Source of the DNA: Bugula neritina
Lineage: Eukaryota; Animalia; Bryozoa
DNA length: 64,000 bases
Assembly (NCBI GenBank): GCA_964035545.1
Contig: OZ037769.1
Span: forward strand, 9,570,129 to 9,634,128
Reading direction: 5' to 3'
Of this stretch, positions 29,365-41,300 are shown in pieces. The translations under genes were made by a program, and so were the position numbers. The notes beneath the pieces were generated by a model. That model was given only the letters and a program-made list of their open reading frames with translations. It made no database searches and had not been told where the DNA came from. Every line of letters starts with the position of its first letter. Within the stretch, counting starts at the first letter, position 1.

Positions 29365-32300
29365 AACCTCCAGGGAAGAAAAAACGCAGGCCACCCAGAC
29401 GGGTACCGCGTGCTGGCAACCAAAAGTGGCAACAGCCGCGACGGACCAGCCAGGGGCTTCGCCCCGCCGCTACGTTTTCCATGCCCCTCCACAATCGATT
29501 CGAAGGGCTACCAGCCCGAGAATCTGGATGGGAGCCAGCAAAGGTAGCCGGAAACCTAGCCTCGGCACCTCCGAGGCCCCCTTACCACCATCCCAAGAGA
29601 CCTCCTTCGCGACCCAAAGCGAGGGAGGTACTCCCTGCGAGAGCAAGGCCTGAAGAGAGAGTTCAGGTGCGGCCTCATTGGAACAGCTATTTCTTGCCTG
29701 GTAAATTGGAAGGCAAAGCTGTTACTTTCCTCATCGATTCGGGCTGTACCACGAACCTCCTAAGTCGCCAACTCTTCGACACACTCAGTGCTAAGGTTAG
29801 GAGCGAGATGGAACCGTATGAGGGGGAGTATGGCACCCTAGCTGACGGGTCGAGCCTTCCCTTCTATGGTATAATTGAGCTGACGGGACAAGTCCGTGAT
29901 CAAACGATCCAAGAGACGTTTATCGTCAGTCAGCTCAAGGAAGGCGCCATCCTCGGGATGTCATTCCTGAAACGGCACGGATGTCACGTCGATTTTAGTA
30001 AATCTGCGATGGTGATGTCCGGGCGAGAACTCGCCTGCGTCGACAAGTTCGGCCGCCCTTTAGTAGAAGGCGTGCAGGTGGTACGCAACTGTACTGTACC
30101 AGGCCGCTCCCGGGCTACCATTCACTGCAGGGTGAACAATAGCCGGATCTTTGGACTCGGGGTAGTCGAAGGCGCGCACGAAAGGATCCAACTTGCCAGC
30201 AGTCTGAACCAGCTGACTGAGCAAGGGGAGATCTTAGCGCGGTGTGTCAACCCCTTTACCGAGTCTGTCAAGCTTCCGACTGGGTCTATGCTGGGCCGGT
30301 TCCACTCCATTCAGGAGGAGGACGTGGGCCCGTCGCTAGGTGATGCGACGGAGGCACCCCCTCGGCGCCCTACTCAAGGGCGAGGGACAGTCCCAACACA
30401 CATCTGGGAGTTATATGAAACAGCCAGTGGTGGCTGCGCGAGTAACAAGGATCGCCAAGCTATGGCGAAGTTGCTACGCGACTACGGTGATGTGTTCAAC
30501 AGCGGAGATCATGACGTGGGACTGACTGGAGTTGTCAGACACGAAATACCGCTGACTGCAGGGACAGTCCCTGTCCGGCAACCCACACGCAGGCTGGGGC
30601 CGGAGAAAGAGAAGGAGGTTAGCCGACAAGTACGGGATCTTCTGGACCGCGGCCTCATAGAGCCCGCCCATAGTGTGTGGAGCTCGCCGGTCGTACTGGT
30701 CCGGAAGAAAGACGGCAGTTGGCGGTTCTGTGTGGACTACCGCAAGCTCAATAGCGTAACCATACAGGACGCCTACCCTCTACCTCGTATTGACAAGTCA
30801 TTGGACACCCTAGCCGGCAGCAAGTACTTCAGTACGTTAGACTTGTTGAGTGGTTATTGGCAAGTTCCTCTGAGTCCCGACGCCCAGGAGAAGGTGGCGT
30901 TTATCACACGGGACGGTTTGTGAAAATGGAAGGTGTTGCCCTTCGGGTTAACTTCCGCCCCAGCCACCTTCCAGAGGCTGATGGAGCAAGTCCTCAGCGG
31001 GCTCCATTGGAAGACACTGCTGATCTACCTCGATGATGTCATCGTGATCTCCCCAGACTTCGAGACGCATGTCAGTCGTCTGCGGGAGGTCTTCGAGAGA
31101 CTCCGAGGTGATGGTCTTAAGCTCAAACCTTCCAAGTACGCTCTATATCAGCCGGAGGTCAAGTACCTGGGGCACGTTGTCGGTCGAAACGGCGTGGCAA
31201 CGGATCCCGAAAAGGTACGAGCGATAGAAGACTGGGTCACCCCCCAAGACTTGACCGGACTCCGGGCTTTCTTGGGGCTGGTAGGGTATTACAGGCAATA
31301 CATACCAGACTTTGCGGGCATAGCACAGCCGTTAAACCGGCTCACCGCAAAGGGAGTGACGTGGCAGTGGACCCCAGTCGAACAGGAAGCGTTCGATCGC
31401 CTCAAGGGTTGCCTCTCAACGGCACCCATCTTGGCCTACCCAGACCCCACTCTGGAGTACATCCTCGACACTGACGCCAGTGACCAGAATGTTGGCGCTG
31501 TGCTGTCCCAAGTGCAGGAAGGCCGAGAAGTAGTAGTAGCTTACTACAGCAAGTCTCTCTCACCCACTGAACAAAATTACTGCACTACCCGCAAGAAGCT
31601 GCTGGCAGTAATCAAGTCAGTGAAGCACTTCAGATCATACTTATATGGCAGGAAGTTCCGGCTGCGTACGGATCATGCCTCGCTGATATGGTTGTGCAAG
31701 AGAGCAGAGCCCTCCAGTCAGGTCGCCCGGTGGCTCGAAATCCTAGCTGAGTTCTCGTACCGGATCGAACATCGACCGGGCAAGAGACACAGCAATGCGG
31801 ATGGTTTGAGCCGGCGACCTGATGGAGGTTGCAAACAGTGTCTCAACATCGAGAGGAGGGACAGAGGTCCCCGCGATGCGAGCTGGAGACATTGGCTCAC
31901 CACGGAGCACCGTTTGACTGGGACCAGGGTCAACTCAGGCAGGAGATTGACGAGTCCCCGGAGGTTGTACAAAATCTCCGCGCCAATCCTGTATTGGCCG
32001 ATAACGTCCAGGAGCTGAAGAAGCTCCAGGAAGAGTTACCTGGGGTAGTGGCAGACATATATCGGGCCAAAAAGGACCGGCGACGACCCAGCGAGGAATG
32101 CATACGGCAGGGATGCGCCGAGTTCCGGCTATTCTGCTAGCGTTGGGACTCGCTGAGGATCGGGCAGGATGGTCTACTGACCATTTCTCTAGCTGCCAAC
32201 GGCAGACACCCAGAGAGGAAGAGGGTGGTCTGCACCAGCGCCATACGCCGCGAGTTAATTTGGGACACTCACAAACAGGCCCACGCAGGAGTCAAGAGAG

Positions 32301-33906
32301 TGATTTCGAAATTGCAACTCCGGTGGTATTGGCCCAAAATGGGGCGGGATGTCCGGCTCAGAGTAAAACAGTGTGAAATCTGCCAGGCCAGCAAGCATGG
32401 CCGTCTCCCTGGTGAAGCAGGACGGAGGAGGCTATATGCTGGAAGGCCGTGGCAAGTATTAGCTGTTGACCTGGTCGGACCCATGCCCCTGACCCCCAGA
32501 GGCAATAGTTGGATCTTAGTACTGACCGACCACTTTACTAGGTGGGCAGACGCTCTGGCTATCCCAGATGCGTCAGCCCCAACAGTGGCCAGGGCGCTAG
32601 ACCAACATGTATTCTGTTATTTCGGTCTCCCCAAACAGATACACTCTGATCAAGGCGCTCAGTTCCAGTCTCAACTGATGAGCGACCTTTGTCGCCTCTG
32701 GGGAGTAAATCAGAGCAGGACAACCCCCTACCATCCCCAAGGTAACGGGGTGGTGGAGCGCAATAACCGAATGCTAGGTGATGCGCTCCGGAGTCTCCTC
32801 CTTGGACGCGGTCAAGAGGAATTGGACACGGTGTTGCCGCAAATCATGCGTGCATACCGTAGCACCCCACACACCAGTACTGGTGAGACCCCAAACCTCT
32901 TAATGCTCGGGAGAGAGACTCGTGTCCCCGACCATCTCACCTACCACGTTCCAGCGCTAGACAACTCGATTCATGAGTATGCCAGTGAACTAGTGGAACG
33001 GATGAAGGTCGCACACGATATACTGTGCGAATAGCAGTGGAAGGTGCGACACGAAGATTCCGAGGAACCACCCCTCTACCAGACGGGAGATAAGGTGTGG
33101 ATGGTCAATTATCGTAGGCGTCGTGGACAGGCGGCTAAGCTACAGCCTAAGTTCGTGGGACCCCACGTGATCGTCGAGGCGATGCCCAACCATACGTACA
33201 AGAATGAGCGCTCAGGACAGGTGTCTATCCAGAATGAGTCTTGCTTGAAGCCGTATTGGGCTAGCCTTGACGCAGTGGGAGAAGCCCCCCCGTTGTTGGA
33301 GCCCAGGAGGCAGACAACAACACGCGGGCGACGGCGGCATGGACCTGAATATGAAGTAGTCATACCGCGGGAGGAAGACTTGGTGAGAGATGAGCGACCG
33401 CTTTTACCAACAGAAGCGCGTCCGCCACCGCCAAGTCTGATTCCATCACTTCCAGAAACCGAGCCGGTTCCGGAAGTGCAAACCCCCACGGAGGGAGGGG
33501 CTCCATTCGGAGAACAAGAAGAAATGACCACTAACGGTGAAGTAGAGACGCCACCAGAGGCCCCTACTAATAAACCGGCGAGTTTGTCACCCCCCTAGAA
33601 CGGGGACAACGTACGAGGAAACCCCCACCATATTTAAAAGACTTCGTATGTGACTGCATTAAAAGCGGCGCGCATGAAAGTCAAGGGGAAAACCGTACGG
33701 GAAAATGTTGGAGTTACGAGCCCCACGCAAATATCAACTTTTGCGAGGGCGGAGTAGTGGGAGGAATTAATGCGCATAAAGCAAATAGTTCCGACCTCGT
33801 GCCACAGAAACGATGCCCAGCCTTTTCTTACGCTGACATCGCCAAGGGCAGACGTACCTCACAATTAGCTCCAACCCTTACCACGAACATTGAGTATGGA
33901 AACTAA
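29253..33906 (+). pseudogene. pol: Gypsy pol polyprotein (PR, RT, RNase H, INT, GP(Y/H), Pro-rich tail), a few disablements
   Basis: ORFs 29253..30923, 30933..32018, 32225..33034 and 33044..33598. Stops at 30921, 32138, 33032 and 33596, and a frameshift near 31870. Confidence 0.93.
29313..29356 (+). promoter_or_regulatory. -1 programmed ribosomal frameshift signal (G_UUA_AAC plus stem-loop)
   Basis: The heptamer is in the gag frame, followed by a 6-nt spacer and a 9-bp stem GGCCCGCAG/CTGCGGGCC. The pol ORF (29253) is in the -1 frame relative to gag. Confidence 0.8.
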
Positions 33907-35028
33907 TACCGAGTTCACAGGTAAGCCAGTATAAGTCTTGTATTCCTATCTATGGAAACTGGCTCGATGCCAGTAAATTCTGAGCTAATCCATCGGATTG
34001 AATCAGAATTACTGGGGACCACGTTTCACGTGAATGACGACGAGGACACAGTAATGGCCGACGGTCTGTTAGACCTAAAGCTAGACACTGTTCTTGGTCA
34101 GTCCACGCGTGATCCACTGGTCTTTCGAGTGCCTTTTAAAAGTTGTGACTCTCAGACTAGTAACAGTCGACAGCCACCAGAATTATGTTGTAAAGATCCA
34201 CCGCGATCTAACAATAATTCTACCTTTGTAGACGCACTCGCTCCCGTCTCTCCGGGCATGCCCTCCCTAGACATGGCATGGGACCCAGAGCCGACCCCAC
34301 CAACTTCTACAACTAGACAACTGCCACACCAGTTAGAAGCGACCTCCAGCTGAACTACTCCCGCCACGGAGACGGAGATCAAGAAATATAGAGGAGATGA
34401 CAATAACCGGGAGTGCCGCCTATGTCAACAGCGGTTTACAACACACCGTAGATTGAGAGTCCACTTACTGCAGCATTTTATTACAACGTTCTGCCCCTGC
34501 GGGGAGTATAGTTACAATAGAGACTACGTGTTGCGTCATCAACGCACTATGCACTGTTTTCAGGGCCACGTGTATGACGTGGATAAATCTTCTTACTCAG
34601 CATTCCTCGAAATCATCAGACCCCTTATCACAGACTCAGCTCGGCTCTCTCGCCTGGAGCAAGGTTTCCCTCCTCCTCGACCCATCATCCCTGGACCAGT
34701 AGACAAACCTTCAAAATCATCTAACTCCCCACCTCTCAATTCTGTGCGTCGACCGCAGACACTCCCCCGTGTCGTGTTACAGAGGGTTGACACACAGACT
34801 TACACACTTCCTCCCCCGCTCCCATCCACAGAACGGAAGAGACACCGGCATCAACAGATCCTCTCCCGCTCATCCCCTCTGGCTCGCAACCTACGGGAGG
34901 TCGAGACTAGGGCAAACAAATTAGAACAAGAGGTGTATAGACTAGCCCCCCGTATTCACGCAGCATCCAGTGAGCTCCGGTCGCTACAGGAGTCCATCAG
35001 ACGGATGAAACGAGCAGCCCAGGATTAA
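33896..35028 (+). pseudogene. Spliced Gypsy accessory zinc-finger/coiled-coil gene, type A (exon 33896-33920, intron 33921-34231, exon 2 34232-35028; one TGG>TGA stop at 34351)
   Basis: ATG GAA ACT AAT ACC GAG TTC ACA G|gtaagc and ctaacaataattctacctttgtag acceptor. Canonical C2H2 finger CRLCQQRFTTHRRLRVHLLQH, second finger CPCGEYSYNRDYVLRHQRTMHC, C-terminal heptads LREVETRANKLEQEVYRL..LRSLQESIRRMK. Confidence 0.8.
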
Positions 35029-36214
35029 TATGGGTTCCCCTCAAACCTCAGACCTTACTTCTCTACTTTACTCTCCCGGATCTATGCTACCTCTCCGTGG
35101 CGTCCCCCGGTGTTACTGTGGCACATACTCTATATATGTATATAAGACTTAATAGTTACTTAGTATTATTTCGATGTGCACGTTTATATGTATCTAATCA
35201 ATTCTGTTTCTGTACATACATTTTATATCTTTTTTTCCCTTTTGGTCCACTGATGTACGTGGTTAATTGTGAAATGTTTTTTTTGTATCAGAAAGAGGGC
35301 TTTCTGCTGGTGGGGGCGGTGTGGTGGCTCGTGGAGCTACCAACAGCACAATACGCAGGGTCGCGTATTGACCCGGAACAATGTACTCAGCCAATTAGCG
35401 AGGCCGCTAGTTAGTAGCAGTAGTTAGCTTCGCGCTACTAGTCAGTCGTGAATAGTGTAATAGATTAAAAAGACGTATAGATTTCTGAATGTTTTATACC
35501 GTTTTTATTATGTATTACTATGCTTAAAATATACTCTTATTAACTCGGCTTATCTTGGTGAAGTTCTCACGCACTAAATAGACTCTCTTTATTGCACATC
35601 AACCCAAAAACTGGAAATTACAACAATATACATGCTAATTGTTTACTTGAAATTTTAAAAATAGCGTAGTAGTTTGTGGGTTATAGAATGAAATCAGGCA
35701 GAGAACATAACTCCTTGTTATAGAAGAGACAAGAGAGAGTGTGTGCAGTACTTTATTGTAGCATAGATACTTCCATTGCGAGCTCCAGTTCTCAAGTGAC
35801 TGAAGCTCTACAATGCGTGTCCTTTTATACCAGTAGAACAAAGGACTTTTAGAACCTTCGACCGACAGCGGGCCAATGCACGGCAGGGGATGGCACTGAT
35901 TATGTTGGCAACCGACATTCGGTTTGATGGCATCCACCTGCCGAACTCGGTCCAACTGTCGGTTTACATAAATAAGCAAAAATGAACCCAACCAAGTGTA
36001 TGCATATTGTAACTTGTAATTGGGGGAAAAGGGATTAACTATTTACTATGCTAAAAGCTTAACAATAGCCATAGTATTTAAGGTGTTAGAAAGTTACGCC
36101 AAAGACTTAGCTATAACTACAGTATTTAGAAAAATAGCCATAAGTAATGTGTCAAGGGGGATAACTCTTAATATTTACCACAATAGCATGGTTAAGTAGT
36201 ATTACTGTGCCTAT

Positions 36215-37370
36215 TGTAGTGGGGCACGGGATATGCGCCCCACGTGTCCCCTGGCCAATTAGAGATACGTCAGGTGATACCCCCAGCGATGCGTAACATA
36301 TAGGATAACTGTTATTAGAGAGCGTGCTAGTAACTAGTGTGGATGTAACTGATTAATCGGAGCGTTTCATGTGTAACTTTTTTTAGTATGTAACTGAAAA
36401 TAAATATATTTTAATCCTATCACAAGCCCTGTATTGCTGCGGATAATTGACTCAACCTGTAACATCCGCAAATCGTGAGCCCAAGCCAACCACGTCTAGG
36501 AGAAGACCCAGATAACGTCCAGGAAGGCATCCATAGAGCCTGCTGGCGCTAAGTGGCAGGCACATTAGAGTCAGAGGTCGACAGACCTACCCAAACCTTC
36601 TACCCGACCACTTGGTACCCAGACAAAGTCTGCAAAGTTTTCCCAATCTTTCGGCCTGGCCACTCCGCAACCGGTTAGCGAGGTTGCGAGGTTATGAAAG
36701 AGAATGCAGCTTACTTGCAAGAGTTCCCCAAGCTACCTTCCCAACCTTATAAAACCCGCCATAAAGGCGAAAAGAAGGCCTGCGTAAGGACTCAACAAGT
36801 GTTTCCCCCAGAGACTGACCGCCCCAAAAGCACCCAGCCATACGGAAGCAACTACTTCCTGTCCAGAAAACTTTTAGCTAAAGCTGCCACATTTCTACTG
36901 GACACAAGGTGCACTACAAACCTACAAACCTACACTCTTGGCGCCCGGGAGGGGGCGAGCCTCAAGCCGTATGAAGGTGCACATGGTACTTTGGCGGATG
37001 AATTGTGTATTTCTTTCTACAGCATCATTATACTACCTTCATCATTAGCCGTGTGAAGGAAAACGCCATCTTGGGGATGCCATTTCTGGAGAAACACCGC
37101 TGTCATATGGATTTCCAGAAGTTGGCGAGGGTGATAGCTGGAAAAGAATTTGCTTTTGTTGACAAGTTTGGCAGGTCCTTGGTGGGCGGAGTCCAGGTAG
37201 TGCGGGACTGCACGGTTTCAAGAAGATCTCAGGCAACTCTGTGATGCAGAGTCAACTGCAAGAAGATTGCTGGTCTGGGAGTGGTGGAGAAACCGCCAAC
37301 ACATGAAACGAGTCAAAGAAGAGCTGAGTGCACTTTGACGGCGGGTGGACCACCTGAAAGGCTCTGATGG
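36215..37370 (+). mobile_element. Internally deleted Gypsy remnant (LTR type C ~36215-36455, protease region, tail of accessory-gene coiled coil)
   Basis: The LTR is near-identical to the reverse complement of 42010-42249. FLLDTRCTTNL and AILGMPFLEKH motifs. Confidence 0.8.
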
Positions 37371-37869
37371 CAGATTTTCTCATTAAATTCTACTTCTTCT
37401 CTCAGTAACATTGCTTACTTGACATTCTATTACAAATTGTGCTAGATGTGTATTTTGTGGTATATTTCTTGTTTTTTTGTAATAATATTCTTGTTTTCTT
37501 TTGTTTTTTGTATATTTCCCACAGAGCACAGAATTGTTTTTATTTTGCTTCCCCTTACCATTTTTTTGTTTTATTCTGGATACTTTATGTGAATCGACTT
37601 TTGGCCAAAGTTCAGTGATTTCGGAGTTCAGGAAAAGCGATTTTGTCTAAATGTCGGATAATTTTGGCACCGAAACTCCGACATCCGCCTATGCAAACTT
37701 TAGCCAAATGTCCGACCAGCTTAGGAAGAGGAGTTTTTGTTAGTATAAAAAAGGGCGAGTTCCCAGTGTTTTTTTGTCAACCACTGGAGCTCGTCTAAGA
37801 CACATCAAAAAGCAAATAAAAAAATTATTAATTTCAAGTTCAAAGAAGACTCTTATTTCATAGTAATAG

Positions 37870-38207
37870 TGTTATGATTTTCAGTTTTTGGGTTGATGTG
37901 CAATCAAGAGAGTCTATTTATTTGCTAGAGAGCTTCACCAGAATAAGTCGAGTTAATACGAGTATATTTTACGCACAAGAATACATCACAAAAGCTATAC
38001 AAATACATTCAGTAATTGATACATCCATACAATTTACTACGCTATTCTCAACTAACTAACAGCGGGAAACTAACTACTGCTAACTGCGTTCAGCATCGCT
38101 AATTGGCTGTCCATTGTTCCGGGTCAATTACGTGACCCTGTGCTGTATCAGTGGGGGAAATAATATTTCCCCGTATTACGCTGCTGGTAGCTCCACGAGC
38201 CACCACA
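37870..38207 (-). repeat. Solo LTR (type A) with 4-bp TSD ATAG
   Basis: Reverse complement of the LTR at 27275, including its ~30-nt insertion. ATAG at 37866-37869 and 38208-38211. Confidence 0.92.
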
Positions 38208-38337
38208 ATAGGCATGCAGATTGCTTCATCTATTTCCTAAGCACCACCCAAAAACCCTACGATATTCCCTAATGTTGCCACTCTTAATAAATCACCCTGA
38301 CTTCTGGGATATCGACAAACCAGAATGATTAACTAAA

Positions 38338-41300
38338 TAGTCTAGAAGTAACCTCCAATTATCTTTCACTCATTACACTTCGAGGGGTGGCCACGCAATT
38401 TTTTTAGAAATGGAGAGTTTTAAGGGTCCTAATTAATCTGTGAAAACTCTAGACTGTTCTGCGCACCCAGTTAGCCACAAAAGCGCTTCAAACTTTTAAG
38501 AGGAATTAGGAGTTGTCTTCTCTCAATGTTTTTGTGAATTGGCTAAATATCTTGGAACTATGAAAGCTAATTTATTTTATATAAGCAAAATAATTTTGCT
38601 GACAGTTATAAATACTTTTTTCACTTTTCTGTTATAAAAACTCTAAATTTTTTTGTCTACCCAGTTAGTCACGAAAGCACTTTAAACTTTTGCAGGAGTT
38701 GTTTCCCCACAACTTTGTCCAAATATGTTCCGTATTATCTTGAAATTATTAAAGCTAATTTATTATATATACAAGCAAAAACTTTTGCAGATAATCATAG
38801 ACGTGTTTTTCACTTCTCTGAGTTTCATTCTAGTGATTTTCTTGTGAAAACATCTAAAAAATAAGGACTAAATGGACGAAAACAAGCAAAGGAATGGGTT
38901 TTTTAGTTATAAGGCAAACATTATTATTGAACAGCTATAAAAAAAGCCAAATTATAAGTAAATATGTGTCTGATAATGATTTTCTTTATGATTTTTATTA
39001 TAATAACTATTTTTACAAAAAAGTAATGAGAAGCATGAGCAGGTTGGTCTGGACTCCGGAAGATAATATTTTAAATGTGTACGATTGAGCTTTGCCAATA
39101 AATTTAAGCTGAACTATATATACATAGGCAATTTGGTTTTTAAAACAATGCTTTTGGTTAAAATGCATATTTTTATACCTTCTTAATATAATGACTCTAG
39201 AGTCAATTTAGCTCAGTTATAGTTACAGAAGAAATACCCTAATGCTTTCCTATAATTTAAAATATATATGGTTATATTTAAGCCACCCATTAGAAAAATG
39301 ATCTTGGGTTGCCTTATTCAAAAATCATAAGCATGTACTTTTTTTCATGTGTGCCATTTGTCACAAAAATAATAATTTCTTATCAGCAAATAAAACAAGC
39401 TGCATTTTGCTCCATTTTGTGTGAAACATAAAGAAAAAAGACTTTAGAGAACGATATCGTTATTAAAGTTGTTGCATACCAAAAAAAAGTGCATTCAGCT
39501 AGAATTTTTCAAACATGGTGGAATTCCTAAGAAAACAAAACTCAAATGTTTATAATTAGATCACGAGGAAGCAGGTACACCAACTTTGTTACATGCAAAA
39601 TATCTTATGAACATCATAAGCCCAAGTGTAATAATCAAATCTCAAGACACTGAAGTTTTCATCTATTTGCAAAACATTACCTTCTTGCCAATTATATTTT
39701 TTCACGGGTGTGGTAATCATGGTGTCATCCCAGATAGAGACTAGGCTAAATTTCCTACTTAGACGCTAGTTATTTATTTTGGTAAAATGTATTTTTATAT
39801 GTGCAATTTATTTTAATATTATTGAAATATATATGTATATTAAAATAAACTTGGATCAATTGCTTGTTATTTAGCGCATAAATAAATTCCTTTGATCTGC
39901 ATTAACCTACTAAGTTTGTATATTTTAAACATCTTGCATGTTGTTTGAAAAGATATTTTGTTAATATTAAGTATCCATTAAAGATAGTATCTATTATTAA
40001 TGTATTACTACTTCTTAATGTCTCACACAAATTCGTAAAAATAATAGAATATTATTTTAGATAATTTATGTTAGCTACTATAGCTATTAGCATATTAGCT
40101 ATTTAGCAATAAATACAACAGTTATATAGGTAATATTAATATATATGATAACAAAATAAAAATAGGGAGGAAACCATAATCATATTAGGTATTTGGAAGT
40201 CAACATTGCAGCAAATAAATCCGGACTGCAGTTGTGTGCAGCACTTACTAGATTTCATGCTTTAACAGGTTGTGATTCGACCATAGTTCTTTTTATGAAA
40301 AAGCATAGCGCACAGCCTACTACTCCCTTTTGAGAAAATATTCAGAATGTATGGGAAGCTTTGAACACCTTTGGAAGTATTTCAAGCTGCCAGCGATTAC
40401 AGAGGCTGAAGTAGAACAATTTGTCTATAAACTTTATGGAGCAGGAAATTTAAACATAGATGATGTCCAATACACTGTATTTTGTTCACCGTCTAAAATA
40501 ACTCAATACAGTTTGCCTCCAACAAAAGATGAATTAAGTTTGCACGCAAAAAGAGCAAGTTATCAGGCAGCCATTTGGAGAAGAGTGACAACAGCTTATA
40601 TTGATGCACCACCCCAGAACATCATGGGTAGATTGTTGAGAATCATGGCAGCATAAATATAAAGTGGATGATTCAAGCTTCCGAACCTGAACATGTATGT
40701 TGCAAAGTTTAAACTGCTCCTATAAGACCGGCTGCAACATATCAAGATGTGAATGTCAGAAGTCTCAAGTGCAGTGCATGCACTGATGTTTGTCAATGTA
40801 AGGATTGTCTGAAAAGAAGGGCTATATTGGGGAAAAAGAAGCTGATGAGACTGACGACCGTGACAGTGATGGCGAGAATGCTTTTTCATAATGAAGCACT
40901 ATTTTTAGACATTTGTTATATATTTTGCTACTACCAATTTGATTTTGATCATTTCTCATGCTTCTGTTTCTCTAAATAATTTTACAGAATATTGTTGATT
41001 TTTGCAAATGTTTAACGGCTACTGACAGACTATAGCAAATGATTCACTTGGGCTGTGCTTAAAAAATTTCAATATTTATTCATTTCAACATTTATTTTGT
41101 GCTATAATTTTATAAATATAGTTTTTTCATACATCAGCATGACTTTGTTTTTGTTTTTGTACAAATAACTTGGTCATACAATTAATCTGCATGCTTATGC
41201 AGCATGCAATATGTCGATTCATAACAAACATATATGTTTATATAAACAACTTGGTTTTAATTTGAGATAGCCTCTTGTGCGCAGTCTTTAAATTCAGTAT

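Larger units (their letters stand above)
28074..35625 (+). mobile_element. Near full-length Ty3/Gypsy LTR retrotransposon (LTR 28074-28377, PBS 28379-28396, gag, pol, accessory gene, PPT, LTR 35320-35625)
   Basis: Perfect 18-nt tRNA-Leu PBS TGGTGGCAGCGGTGGGAT. PR-RT-RH-INT order. Flanks AGAT/ATAT (imperfect 4-bp TSD). The two LTRs are notably divergent. Confidence 0.95.

Noticed and set aside
33952-35028. Third ORF as an env gene
   Set aside because: No signal peptide, transmembrane segment or furin/fusion-peptide motif is visible; zinc-finger and coiled-coil features instead.
13241-35629. ATAT flanks as a TSD for one 22-kb composite element
   Set aside because: ATAT-like sites (ATAG, AGAT, CTAT) flank all LTRs here and the genome is AT-rich. 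The LTR types differ, so the match is uninformative.
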